A DNA stretch of 64,000 nt, from NCBI GenBank assembly GCA_946965045.2, contig OX337228.1, positions 5,456,001 to 5,520,000 on the forward strand, in the 5' to 3' direction. Source of the stretch: Epithemia pelagica. Lineage: Eukaryota > Protista > Bacillariophyta. Within the stretch, counting starts at the first letter, position 1. Each line of letters starts with the position of its first letter. Positions 22,910 to 34,000 of the stretch are shown piece after piece. Under the pieces are notes generated by a model that ran no database searches, had not been told where the DNA came from, and was given only the letters and a program-made list of their open reading frames with translations. A program made the translations under genes and the position numbers.

Positions 22910-24205
22910 CTAGCACCTACTGTCGCTGTCCGTACTGCTCCACCCAGACGACTCACTGTCATCATACTCAACATCATTCGGGGCTTGACCCTCCTCAGAT
23001 GACGAGTTGTCATCATAGACACGGAAGTTGGCGGATTTCTTTGAGCTGGCTTTTCGTGATTTCTCATTTGGTTTCTTTTTACTCTCCTTTTGAGTCTTCT
23101 TTTTGGCCTTTTGTTCTTGCAAGACAATTGCCATTGATGTTGACGCTCGTCTTGCAGACAATGGTTTATCTTTCAAAGCCAAAGTTGCAACAGATGCAGA
23201 TGCACGTCGATTGATAGAAATGCTGTTGCTTTTTGTCAAAACTCTGTCGTTCTTCTTTTTCGATTTCTTGCTCTTGTCTGTTTTCTCGCTGCTTCCGATG
23301 ATGGCAGAACTCTTGCTCTTGTTCACACCACGAGTTGGATCTTTTTTCTTCGACTTCTTGTCCTTTTTCTTGGTCGAGACCTCTCCCTCGTCGTCGCCAT
23401 TATCGTCAATTTGTTTCAAAGGAGAGAACGGAATCTTTTCGTCGATCTTTTCTTCGTATTTCTCAACATCTTGCAAAATATCGTAGAGCTTAAGAAGTAG
23501 CCCAGGGTCTACCGATGCTGCCTCAGCTTTCCGTATAATCTTCTTGGCGTTTTTGCGATACATCTTTTTCAGGCGTTGTTCCACGTGTGACCCATTTGTG
23601 TATTGTTCATACTTTTGATCTGCCTCTGTAGCCTTTTCCTTCCACTCTTCTTCCATGGCAGTAAGTCGCTTGTTCTCTCTTTTTGCCTTTTCATGGTGTT
23701 TTTCGAGCTGATCATAGTAGTCCCCGTTTCCCAAGCTGTACTGTTCCAGTCTCATTTGATTTATCCGTAAATTTCTGCTATTCTTTTTCAGTTTTTCATT
23801 CTTTTTCATCAATGCCGCATTTTCTTCTTTGAGGGATTCTATTTCTTTGTTCGTCAACCCCATCCCATCTTGCTTTTTTGACAGCTTCTTGGTCTCGTCT
23901 TTCATTTTCTTAGTTTCTTTCTCAATTTCTTTCAATTCAGAAGTCTTTTCTTCCTCTATATCAGCAAGCTTTTGGTTCAGTTTCTTCACTTTCCGTCGAT
24001 ATTTGGCCATGGCCAGCTGAGTGTCTGCACTGAGAGCGACATCTTCTGCCTTTTGTTTCTTACTGGAACTACTTTTGCTTGAACCGCTTTTACTCGATTT
24101 ACTTGTTCCATTTTTGGAGGATTTCTTCTTGCTTGAACTCTCACTACTATTCTTGGGACTCACCCCAAACTTCTCCTTCTCACTCCAATTTCGGTCACGC
24201 GCCAT
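22910..24205 (-). CDS. Hypothetical Lys/Ser-rich coiled-coil protein (431 aa)
   Basis: Continuous ORF with a central coiled coil and K/S-rich termini. No signal peptide or known domain recognised. Confidence 0.75.
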   Translation of the reverse strand: MARDRNWSEKEKFGVSPKNSSESSSKKKSSKNGTSKSSKSGSSKSSSSKKQKAEDVALSADTQLAMAKYRRKVKKLNQKLADIEEEKTSELKEIEKETKKMKDETKKLSKKQDGMGLTNKEIESLKEENAALMKKNEKLKKNSRNLRINQMRLEQYSLGNGDYYDQLEKHHEKAKRENKRLTAMEEEWKEKATEADQKYEQYTNGSHVEQRLKKMYRKNAKKIIRKAEAASVDPGLLLKLYDILQDVEKYEEKIDEKIPFSPLKQIDDNGDDEGEVSTKKKDKKSKKKDPTRGVNKSKSSAIIGSSEKTDKSKKSKKKNDRVLTKSNSISINRRASASVATLALKDKPLSARRASTSMAIVLQEQKAKKKTQKESKKKPNEKSRKASSKKSANFRVYDDNSSSEEGQAPNDVEYDDSESSGWSSTDSDSRC

Positions 24206-24810
24206 GGTTTCGTTTTCATTGAGAGGCTAACCCAACCTCCGACGCATGTACTCGTCCACAGTTCAGAAGAAGTCGAAGTTTAGCTTCCAGTCACCATCAC
24301 CATGTGGGTATTGTAGGGATTGCTTGTTGGGTGAAGGGGCGGTTAAGAAATCGAGATGCGCCCAGACCATCCGACACTCCCAAACGAACTCCTACAAATA
24401 CCGCATGACTGAATTTGATGGGGCCTACTTCTTGTGGACTGTCTGTGGACTGTGGACCCGCCCAAAAATTCAAAGAAATATTTCGTTGGGACTGCAAAGA
24501 CATCGATTTTGGGGGAAGTACACTGCTATCAAATGTATATGGAAGAATTCTGTACTCGTACGAGTACTCGTACTCCCGGAAACGGTACGTGCGTGCGAAT
24601 CTACAATGAATGTAGAGTCCCGCCCACCGCCCACTCACCTATCAGTTCCATGAAGCTATGTACTCCTGGAGCTCCTCTCTAGCCTTTGCCGTTTTGAGCC
24701 TTGAGCATCAGCCTCTTGTCCATGATCTTTGTCTACATACCAGTCCGTCAATTTTTCCTATGCAATCCCAAGACCATGTTCTTCGTCTAAGTCAGTTTAA
24801 CGCGGCTTCT

Positions 24811-26889
24811 CTAGGCAAAGGTGCCATTGTCGTTCGCATCATGATGGTCATGATCATCTTCTTCTTCTTCATCCTCGGGAACATCCACTTCATCATGATA
24901 CATGGTCAAAGTTTCAGCATTGTCTCGGTATGATGTCACCGGTCGTTCGCCCATGACAATACCATCTTCGTCATCATGGCCCGGTACCAACTGGCGTCGT
25001 CGTTTGAGCGACGATCGACTCGAGGAGGAGCAACAACACGAGACAAAGGTGACCGTAAAGAGCATTCCCAGGACAAAACTAGCAATGGCCACGGCACCCA
25101 CTGCCCATTGTCCACCACTGGTTTTCAAAATTTCTTGAGCCTCCTTGACATGATCATTAAAGGTGGCCGGTGTGGGATGTTGCAAGGTACAGTCGCGTTC
25201 CATCATGGGAGTGGTCAAATCAATCAAAATGTCCAAATCGCAAAACTGTTCCGGTGCGGCGGGGCACCCATCAATGCGTGGTGTCCAGACTTGGCCATTG
25301 TACAAGAGTCGAAAGGCATGACTGGTGGGGTAGACGGATGTATCCGTGTTGCCTCCAAAGTTTACTTCGTGTAGTTCCAATATCATCATGGACGCATACG
25401 AAGGCCACCAATCACTGATTTTCCAGGCACCCAAACTTGCCAAGAGAGGCAACAGAGTGGTATCGTGTCCACTAAAGAGAGCAAACTTGGCCGGTGTCGG
25501 ATCGCCCTCAGTGACACCCCGCGTGGCTGCCTTGAAATGATACATAATTTCATCCCATAGTGGTCCCATGGCAACTTTGGAAAATTCACCGTCATTGGCG
25601 GTGGCCAGCATGTTGTAGGGCATGGCATCGTGCTGGGCCAATCGACGAAATATGTGATCGCCATAATCTTTGGTCTCGTCACCACTGCCATCACCACTGC
25701 CTGGACTACTGGACGGCACCGTCGTCTCGGAGGAAAAGTAAAAATTGTCTTGTCCCAAATCTTCGCCTTGATAATCATTGACCGCGTCCGGCAAGTCTCG
25801 ATCGGTGCACATGGTAGTCATGAGACAATCCACGGTTGCAGTTCCTCCTTCCAAGACTTGTTTCTTAAAGTCTTGTACTAATTGTACTTGCGGCGATTGC
25901 AGAAAGGCTTGATATTCTTGTGATTTGTGATACCGATCTTGAATTTCCTTGAGTCGAGGACAAATGTCGAGATTGGCACCCAAAACGTCTCGTTCGCGAT
26001 CCGCCACGTGCAAGGGGAGAATGGGATGTCGATGAGACGACTTGAGATTCTTGTGTAGTCCATCCAATTCATCTTGAAACATTCCTCGCAATACAATTTG
26101 ACCAGACATGAGAGTTCGTTGATCGTCGTCGGATCGATAATAAATACTCGAGGCCAAGGCATTGTCACCATTTCGAAACAATGTGGAGGAATCCAAGAGA
26201 CGAAGACGACGATCGTGACTGTAATCTTTGTCACCATGATATACATAGGCATTGCGCAAAAAGTTTCCATTTTGCAATTCTTGATCATATCCCTGCAACA
26301 ACAATTGTCCATGTTGACAGGTTCCACCCCACGAATTGGTCAAATTACGTTCCGGATCCTGGAGGGCCGTATATTCCTTGTTCATCCAAAACATGCCACC
26401 ATGTTCTTGTTCATTGCGTGGTGGTGTTCCAATCCAGGTCGTCAAGTCACAATTCCAAATGGGTTTGTAGCCTGGCCAACACGTGGAATTGTACGAGGGG
26501 ATATTCCAGGGCGTTCGAGCACCATGACGAACCAAAGCCGTCACATGCAACAATCGAGAATCACCGGCCTTGGAGGTTTCCGGTAAGGGTGGAATGGATC
26601 GCAAGGCCATTTGGTCTGGTGTGGCACAATAATCCGGATACACTGGATACTTGGTGTACCATTCCGTAGTAGTAGTAGAAGAAGAAGAAGCATCGCTGGC
26701 ATCTCGTCGTCGTCCTGGATGGTGTCGTTCGGCTGCCTCGGCTGGTGATTGATCCGTTTGTAACAATGAGGAGGAGGAGGAAGACGATTCACTCCCCATA
26801 CCACTGACTGAAGCCATGGCGCCAGGCAAACACCAACATGATGATATCAACCACCATATCATGCAGAGAATTGTGGACTGGCTCTTCAT
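24811..26889 (-). CDS. Histidine acid phosphatase (branch 2), predicted type I membrane protein
   Basis: Catalytic RHGARTP and SGHDTT motifs. Hydrophobic N-terminal signal after MKSQ (start taken at 26889), C-terminal TM segment (WAVGAVAIASFVLGMLFTVTFV) and acidic tail. Confidence 0.9.
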   Translation of the reverse strand: MKSQSTILCMIWWLISSCWCLPGAMASVSGMGSESSSSSSSLLQTDQSPAEAAERHHPGRRRDASDASSSSTTTTEWYTKYPVYPDYCATPDQMALRSIPPLPETSKAGDSRLLHVTALVRHGARTPWNIPSYNSTCWPGYKPIWNCDLTTWIGTPPRNEQEHGGMFWMNKEYTALQDPERNLTNSWGGTCQHGQLLLQGYDQELQNGNFLRNAYVYHGDKDYSHDRRLRLLDSSTLFRNGDNALASSIYYRSDDDQRTLMSGQIVLRGMFQDELDGLHKNLKSSHRHPILPLHVADRERDVLGANLDICPRLKEIQDRYHKSQEYQAFLQSPQVQLVQDFKKQVLEGGTATVDCLMTTMCTDRDLPDAVNDYQGEDLGQDNFYFSSETTVPSSSPGSGDGSGDETKDYGDHIFRRLAQHDAMPYNMLATANDGEFSKVAMGPLWDEIMYHFKAATRGVTEGDPTPAKFALFSGHDTTLLPLLASLGAWKISDWWPSYASMMILELHEVNFGGNTDTSVYPTSHAFRLLYNGQVWTPRIDGCPAAPEQFCDLDILIDLTTPMMERDCTLQHPTPATFNDHVKEAQEILKTSGGQWAVGAVAIASFVLGMLFTVTFVSCCCSSSSRSSLKRRRQLVPGHDDEDGIVMGERPVTSYRDNAETLTMYHDEVDVPEDEEEEDDHDHHDANDNGTFA

Positions 26890-27169
26890 CCTTGTACAGA
26901 AGACGAGAATCCATGGAATGAACAAAACGTCGAACCACAATGCCAAAGATCGCTGGAACAAATGAATGACCGCCCCAAACACGGAGCGGGATTGAAATGA
27001 GCCTAAGGCGACTGGAATAAGTCAAAAGCGACTGAATCTCTACGGAAAAATTTGGACCGCACGATGCCATCAGATGCCAACACGTATTTCCTTCCATTGC
27101 ATCCATCACCAACCCGTCTTCATCTTCTGTATACAAGAGAAGCTTATAACATTCTTGAAGTGTGAGATC

Positions 27170-28207
27170 ATGAGATCTGCATTCATATCACGGTGTCGTT
27201 ACATACCAAAGTATTGGATCCGTTCTCCAGGAGGAGGAGGAACGTCCACTCAACATGGATGGTTCAGGTCCGGAACAAGTGCGGTTCTCGACGTACAACC
27301 ATGCAACCAACAAACACATGCATGCCATGCTGTCCCTTGCCGGAGTTTTTCTTCGAAGCCACAGAATTCAAAAAAGTCTACCAACGAAAAAGAAGATGAA
27401 GCCGCATCATCTTCTGTTTCGTATTCGGAAACCAACGACCCGGCTGATCCAGCCTATTTTCGACATGCGGGAATCCTCTTTCATGACAAGGCCATTTCTT
27501 CGCACTTGTTTCCCGACAATTCCGTCATTAAGCGGCCCTTGAATGACGGAGATCCCATTGATCCCAACCGTCGGTTGCCGGTGGAATTCGAATATGGATC
27601 CTTTTGGATGATCAAAGAAATGCGAGTTACCGATGACAAACCCGTACGAACCAACCCAGACCTCATTCCACAAACCTTGGCACAGCCCCTACCTCCATTG
27701 ACTGTCACATCCTTGGCCAGCGATGGGAATGAGGAGATTGTCCTTCCCGATCATTTGATTCAACAAAATAGATCCAACGACCCGGCGGCACAATGTACCG
27801 TCCTAGCGCTCAGTTGTCGACAATACGGCTTTTCCTTTATACCCTCCTGGATCGATCCCATTCGTGAACGATATGGCAACAACATTCGCGTCCAAACGAT
27901 TGTTCTCAACGTTTCCGAAGGCGGTTTCCTCCTTCGAACCTTGTCACCCCTCTTGAAATGGATGGTTCGTATGAATACCAGCGAGGCGGAACGACCCTAC
28001 ACCTACATGCACTATGGAAATGAAGCAGCCTTTAAGGACTTTCAAATACACTTGGGATGTCACAATGTCATGACGTGCTTTGTCTACCTCCTGGATGGAT
28101 TGGGCAATGTCCGATGGGCTGCATCGGGGGCGGCCGAACCTGAGGAACTGCAAGACTTGTTGGACAAGCACATTCCACAACTGTTACCCAAAACAAAACT
28201 AAAATAA
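27170..28207 (+). CDS. ATP10: Mitochondrial ATPase assembly factor ATP10-like
   Basis: Mitochondrial-type presequence (MRSAFISRCRY...RSFSS) and C-terminal FVYLLDGLGNVRWAASGAAEPEE matching the ATP10 pattern. Confidence 0.8.
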   Translation: MRSAFISRCRYIPKYWIRSPGGGGTSTQHGWFRSGTSAVLDVQPCNQQTHACHAVPCRSFSSKPQNSKKSTNEKEDEAASSSVSYSETNDPADPAYFRHAGILFHDKAISSHLFPDNSVIKRPLNDGDPIDPNRRLPVEFEYGSFWMIKEMRVTDDKPVRTNPDLIPQTLAQPLPPLTVTSLASDGNEEIVLPDHLIQQNRSNDPAAQCTVLALSCRQYGFSFIPSWIDPIRERYGNNIRVQTIVLNVSEGGFLLRTLSPLLKWMVRMNTSEAERPYTYMHYGNEAAFKDFQIHLGCHNVMTCFVYLLDGLGNVRWAASGAAEPEELQDLLDKHIPQLLPKTKLK

Positions 28208-28391
28208 CTTTTGCAGTAGGATGCTTGTCTTGGCCATGTACTACTAAATGTCAGAACACTATAGTTTAGATGAATGCAAAACTACTATCACTCTAAAATG
28301 AAATTGAATGTTTCACTTATATCCACAACACCATTGCTGAATCAGTAGCAACCGTTTACAGTTTCTTTCATGGAGACACAAGATTCTTTGT

Positions 28392-30085
28392 TCAATGATC
28401 AAACTCTTTCATGAGCTCCAAGGCACGATCCAGTTCGTCGGGTGTAATGTCACTGACGCAAATGCTTTCACCAATGTCCGTAATAAGGGGAATCCTCTGT
28501 TCGCCATGACGATGTTCGACGGCATCCTTGCAACTTTGCCAGGCCAGTTCCGACTGCAAATCCGGCGAGTTGGTGGGAAGTTTCAAGACCTTCATGCAGG
28601 CAAAGATGCGTTTCAACGTATCCATGGTGATGTAGGCACGTTGGTAACTCAAGACACAGCAAAAGAAACCATCCACGTTGACGGCTTCGCCGTGCATAAT
28701 GTCGGCTCCCGGAACCATCTCGAGAAGTTTGGAAAATGTGTGACCATAATCCACGCATCGTTCCAGCTTCTTTTCCCAAAGATTGGGGCCAAGTTCTTCC
28801 AGCATGATTTGAATCGACAAGTCAATAATTCGAGAACCAACTTCCTTCAACGATTCCGAATCTGGCGAAAACTTGGATTTGACAAGACTTTCACCGTGCG
28901 TCTCCAGCAATTCAAAAAGATCCACCGAACGGACCAATGCCAACTTGACAATTTCTCCCAAACCATTGCAAATATTTCGTTCGCACTGAGTTGAGATAAA
29001 GGCAGTGTCCAGCACGCACGACGACGGAGCGTAAAAAGACCCAACCCTGTTCTTGTATGTCTCTCCCGTCAAGCCACAGCAATAGTCAACTCCATTCTTG
29101 ACTCCAACACTAGCGTCCACAATTGCCAAAAGGGTAGTCGGGACACGTACAAAGGGAACACCTCTTCGGTAGAGGCAGGCTCCCATTCCGGCAATGTCCA
29201 AGACAACGCCCCCGCCAATGGCCAGAAAGGGTTCGCGTCGACGGAGCTTGTAGGCGCACAATGCGTCCAAGAGCGTGTCCACTGCGGCGGGACGCTTGTC
29301 AGCCTCGCCTCCGTCCAAAACACAGGTTGTCAATTCAATGCCATTCGCCTCAAAGTATTGAAGAATCTTGTCTCCATAAAGTTCTTGGATTGCCGAATCC
29401 AGCACGGCAAACCGACGATTGTACCCTTCCGGATGGACACCCGTCGACTCCAAGAGTTGAGGGTTCATTGGGTCAAACAAGGTACCATGTGGAATGATGT
29501 TGACATCATACGATATGGGGAGATCAAACACATTTCTCCAACCACGCGTCCTCGACACAACCGTTGTTTTGGTGGTGACCAATGCGCCCGGCGTCTTGTC
29601 GACCTGAGTTTTTTCTTGTGTCAAGGTTTTAGTGAAACTGAAAACATTTTGCGGCGCCCGTTCAAGAGGCTTGAGGATTGTCGTCATTCCATCGCCATTG
29701 TTTTCTTCTATAATAGGTTCGGCGGTTTCGGTTTTGTCGTCGTCGGAACTTGATGACGTAGTTGCAAATGTTGCCGTCGACTCAAAACTCTTGAGCTCAG
29801 CTGCAGATTTCTCAAACGCAACCAATGCTCCTCTCACATCCTTGGGTAGCATCTTCCACGAGCTGAGTACCTTCGAAGAGAGTACGCCTGTTGCCGAATT
29901 CCCATCTGAGATGGAGACTTCTTTGCTACATGACAAATAGCCGCAAGCGTGAGGATTGTAATTTCCCAAGTTCAACAAATGGGAGTTAAGTGCATTTACC
30001 TCAACGAAGAAATAGCAAGTTCGGTCGATCCGAGATCTTTCTCTGTTGTCATTTCCTCAATGGTGGGCGACATGGTTGACTCCAT
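28392..30085 (-). CDS. EEVS: Sedoheptulose-7-phosphate cyclase, 2-epi-5-epi-valiolone synthase (EEVS) type, 2 exons, ~539 aa
   Basis: DHQS-fold motifs GGGVVLDIAG and PTTLLAIVDASVGVKNG, plus EEVS-type MLEELGPNLWE..LERCVDYGH and HGEAV. Exon 1 (30085-30000) reads MESTMSPTIEE. Intron 29999-29926 (gtaaat...tgtag). Confidence 0.88.
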
Positions 30086-31066
30086 CTTGTTCTACTTCCG
30101 ATTATGTGTTATGCTTCTTACGTTTGCCTCTGTTGCCTCCAATGAACTCTTTTCCAAAAAAGTGAGGGCGCGTGGGCTTGAATGATGTATGAGAACTTGA
30201 AACAGGGGGGGAGCCAAATCCTTAGCCCTTTCAGTGTGTTTGTATATTGGTCACATTATTTGTGATTAGAGCATCTCACTGCTGGAGTGTACTAGAGAAT
30301 GCTTTTGGTGCTTTTGGTATCTTGACACGTCAGCAGGTGGTACGCATGCCCAAACGTCATTGAAATCGAAATGATGTCATGGAAAAGCATTCGACGTTTG
30401 ACCCATCATTTTGGCTTCTTCCTCATCATCATCCTCCTCGTGGTCCTTGGCATGTCGCCGGTCCTCGATCTCTGGACCATATCTTCTTTGCTTGTTCAAC
30501 AAGCAACGGTGCATTTCATAGAAGATGACAAGGCGCGAGGAATTGGATTTTCAGATGCGATTGCAATGTGTGCATGATCGACAGCGTCCTCTATAGGTGG
30601 ACATTTTGAAAACGACGGAACTTGAGGCATGGGGATCCTTTCCGTGGGGGATGCGGTGCATTCGTGTCCAGAGCACGGCGACTTCTCACTCCACGTCGAC
30701 TTCAAGGAAATTCAAATCTGCACATCAACGACACGTGGCACGTTTGTCCTCTCTTTGGTGGACTAACAAAATGGTAGCAAGGATGGTAGCCTGATCGCTT
30801 CTTCTTGTCTTAGGAAAAGAGAACAGGCACGAGGGAAGACCGTCGTATCCTATGAGCATGCGGAGAGGAGAAAGAAGTGTACAAATAGCACATTTGCTAC
30901 GGTTGTTTTGTTTGGCATGAAACATCAATTTGACTGAAAGGCTAAGAGCAAGGTCATCGGGGAAGAAATTCATAGCCTACGACCTCGCGAAGAGGAGCGT
31001 GAAGTGTGCAAGTAATCATCAACACACGTCCATTGAAAATACAGAACGTTAAAGTTTGTCTAAACA

Positions 31067-34000
31067 TTAAATTTCTTGGCTCCCTCGTTCAAAGACCATT
31101 GCTTTCCGAAGTAGCTGACTAACATCAATGTGCGCCCGATCTCGAGTGCTGACATCAATATGATACGCAGCCACTAGGCTGGCGAATTGGACTGCCGATT
31201 CCAGATTCAACGATTTGTTGGTCATGTGTGCGCTCAACTGTTCCTCCGAAAAGGCAGCGGGCTGATGACTCCCGGAAAATGAAACGTTCGAGTCGAGTGC
31301 CTCCATGTGATCCATGACCATCATGGACATTTCATTGCCTTCTTCTTCACCATTCTCCTCCAGAGCCTTGCGTTCGTACATGGATTTGACTTCATCTGTC
31401 TCGCTCTCCCACATTTCGTGACACATGGAGAAAATAGCTTTTTTGTCGTCATTGCACTGCTGCTTCAATGTCACATAGTTTTCGCGCATATACAGAGTGT
31501 AGGGTGACATCTTCTTCTTTCCCCGCCGCTCATTGGCCGGCTCAGGCTTGTTCCTCCGATGAGTGTCCTCAGAAGAAGGAACAACTCCTGCAGGGGAACT
31601 CTCCATGGCCATTCCTGTATGTCGCAGCAAGGTCGCGACTAACAGGCCCGATGTGAAGGCATCGCCTGCACCGTTTCCATTAATGATCGTGCCCGGTGGA
31701 AGTTCGACACTACTGACGCGAGCCGTCCTGTCGATCCATGCCTCTGGCAGCATTTCAGACCGTAGGAACCGAGCTTTGTTGTTGCAGGAAACAAAACTTC
31801 CTTTCTTCCCCCTTGTGACCGCAACCACAGCTACACCACATTTCAGAAATAGGTTGGCAGCTTGCGCAAGCGCCATCTCGTCGTTTGGGCTATCGTCCAA
31901 TTGACAACCTGTCAGCAAAACTAGCTCCTCTTGATTCAGGTGAAGAATGTCCACTTGATCGAGGGCCGCTCCCAGTACAGGATCATTTCGTATTTCCGAG
32001 GCGGATCGTAGCCTTCCCTGAAACAAGTCTTCTGGTACACCATTCAAATCGAGAGCAATGATTCCGCCATCAATCATGACACTCCGGGCCTCTAAGAATA
32101 CTTGAAGCAGTTTCTCGCCTTGGATCATGGGAAGCAAGTGAGGATAACCAAACAAGAACGCTCCACATATTGGGGACATCTGTTCCAAATCTGCATGATA
32201 ATTGTCGAGGTCATCAGCAGACAAATGCGAAAAGTCTAGAGACGGCCCGGATGATGCTGCCGTCATGGCGGTAAGCATTTCAACAACCTCAACTGGCGTG
32301 AAATCGGTATTTCCAGCTGCATCAAAGAAGCACCCTCTTCGTCCATCGTCGTAAATGGGAAGGACTGCCAAAGCAGTTCTTGAATCTTTGTTCTTTCCTC
32401 TAGCGGACTTGATCAATTTTGTGTTGACGTTACGACACGATGTGCCGCATTCTTCCAGCAGAGCAATCAGTTTGTCTCCTGTTCCGTCGTTACCAACCTT
32501 GCATATGGGCACAACAGAGTGGACCACAGGAGGAGTCACTAGCATGTATTCGTCATCTAGCGGTGCGCCATGACAAAGACGTGCCAGCGTTTTGCATGCC
32601 ATCGAAACGCTTCCTCCACCACAGCTTCGTTCACCTTTGAAGGACTCAATGCTCTCACCACCTCCTCCAGTAGCATGGAACAGCTGCATATCCACACATG
32701 CAAGACCAGCACAAACAATCGCCGCATTATGGGGAATGGCCCATTGCGTAGTTTTCTCGTCAGGTCGGATTCGAACACGTTTCTTCGAGGAAGATTTCTC
32801 GTGCTTACTCAAGCGAGCCTGATGTGCCAAAACGACCTGTTGATCCAGCTCTTGCATTTGTCTGAAAAACCCTGGATCGACACCTTTGGCAGCACCCTCT
32901 GGCACTTTAAACAAATAGGACAGTGCCTTAGCAACTTTATCGTATGGCCAACTGCGACCTGAGAAGTAGTCACACCATACGGCTCCATCGATCATTAAAG
33001 GAACACAAAGAACAGAATCCGAAGCTCTCGTGTACGTTACCATCGTGTGAGGTTGTCCCAAAAAGCCCAAGCTAGTGTACTCCACAAAATCCCGTTTGTC
33101 ATCGTTAATGAACTCCGTGAACATGATGGATACTTTGTGATCCAATTGATCTTCTTGCCAGGGGGCAAAAATATTGTGCTTGACACGAAGCTTTGCGTCG
33201 GCGGCAGTCTTGGCAGATGCCAAATTGCGCATATCGTTATTTCCTAAATGATTGCTCGAGGCCACAACACGAGGCAAGAGCCCCATTGTTCGGATGTATT
33301 CAAGTGCAGCGGTTTTGAATTTTGTTTGGCCTGCCTTGAAATCGGTTCCAAGGCAGTATACTCCAAGTTGTTGTGTCGCCAAATCTGCCAAGCCTGGACA
33401 TGATACCGTGTTTTGACTTCCACCGTTGATAAAGGAACACCCCTCCAGCAGTGCTGCAGTTGCATATAAAATAGAAGGTGGGATTGGGCCGCCGCGTTGG
33501 TCTTCGTCGAGTTCGATTGCCTCGAGCAGTTCATTTGCTGTCTTGAGCTCAAGGATAAGACCGCAGTTTGGTTCAACACTGGCGGACCAGATCACCTGAC
33601 CAAGGTGTAACACGAAGTTAGACCAAGAGAAAGGCAACTGACAAACACCTCAGTAGAATGTTTTACACTCTGAAAACACTTACAGTCGTGTGTCCCACGA
33701 CACCGTTCCGCCATTTAAAATATCGAATGTCGGCCCGCAAACACTTAAGCTTTTCGGAATCAGTCGAAGCTTCTGATTTTCCCAAAAAGTGTGTTGCTGT
33801 TTCATGCTGGGATGCCCCAATGAATCGAGGATCATACACGCCACGAAAGACTTTCACCTTGTTCATTTCATCTCGAACTTGTCGAACCAAATCATAATCA
33901 AGAATTTGTTGCTGGAACAAGGCGTCACCGGGCTTTGTCGGACGAATATCCTGTCAATCAATCAAAGAAAGAAAATGAGCAACCCGACACGACCGTGGCA

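Noticed and set aside
22910-24205. Silaffin-like KSSK/KSGS motifs in the Lys-rich protein
   Set aside because: No signal peptide or RxL site, so it is unlikely to enter the silica deposition vesicle.
28392-30085. Annotation as shikimate-pathway 3-dehydroquinate synthase (AroB) or as DDGS/MysA
   Set aside because: It has GVKNG, MLEELxPNLWE and VDYGH rather than the DHQS GGKTG/LNxGH or the DDGS MLELE..NLHE/VIAxGH patterns.
30200-31000. Possible small gene between EEVS and the MIPS fusion (acidic YGPEIEDRRHAKDHEEDDDEEE stretch on the minus strand)
   Set aside because: The frame is closed by a stop about 20 codons upstream, and no convincing start or splice model could be built.
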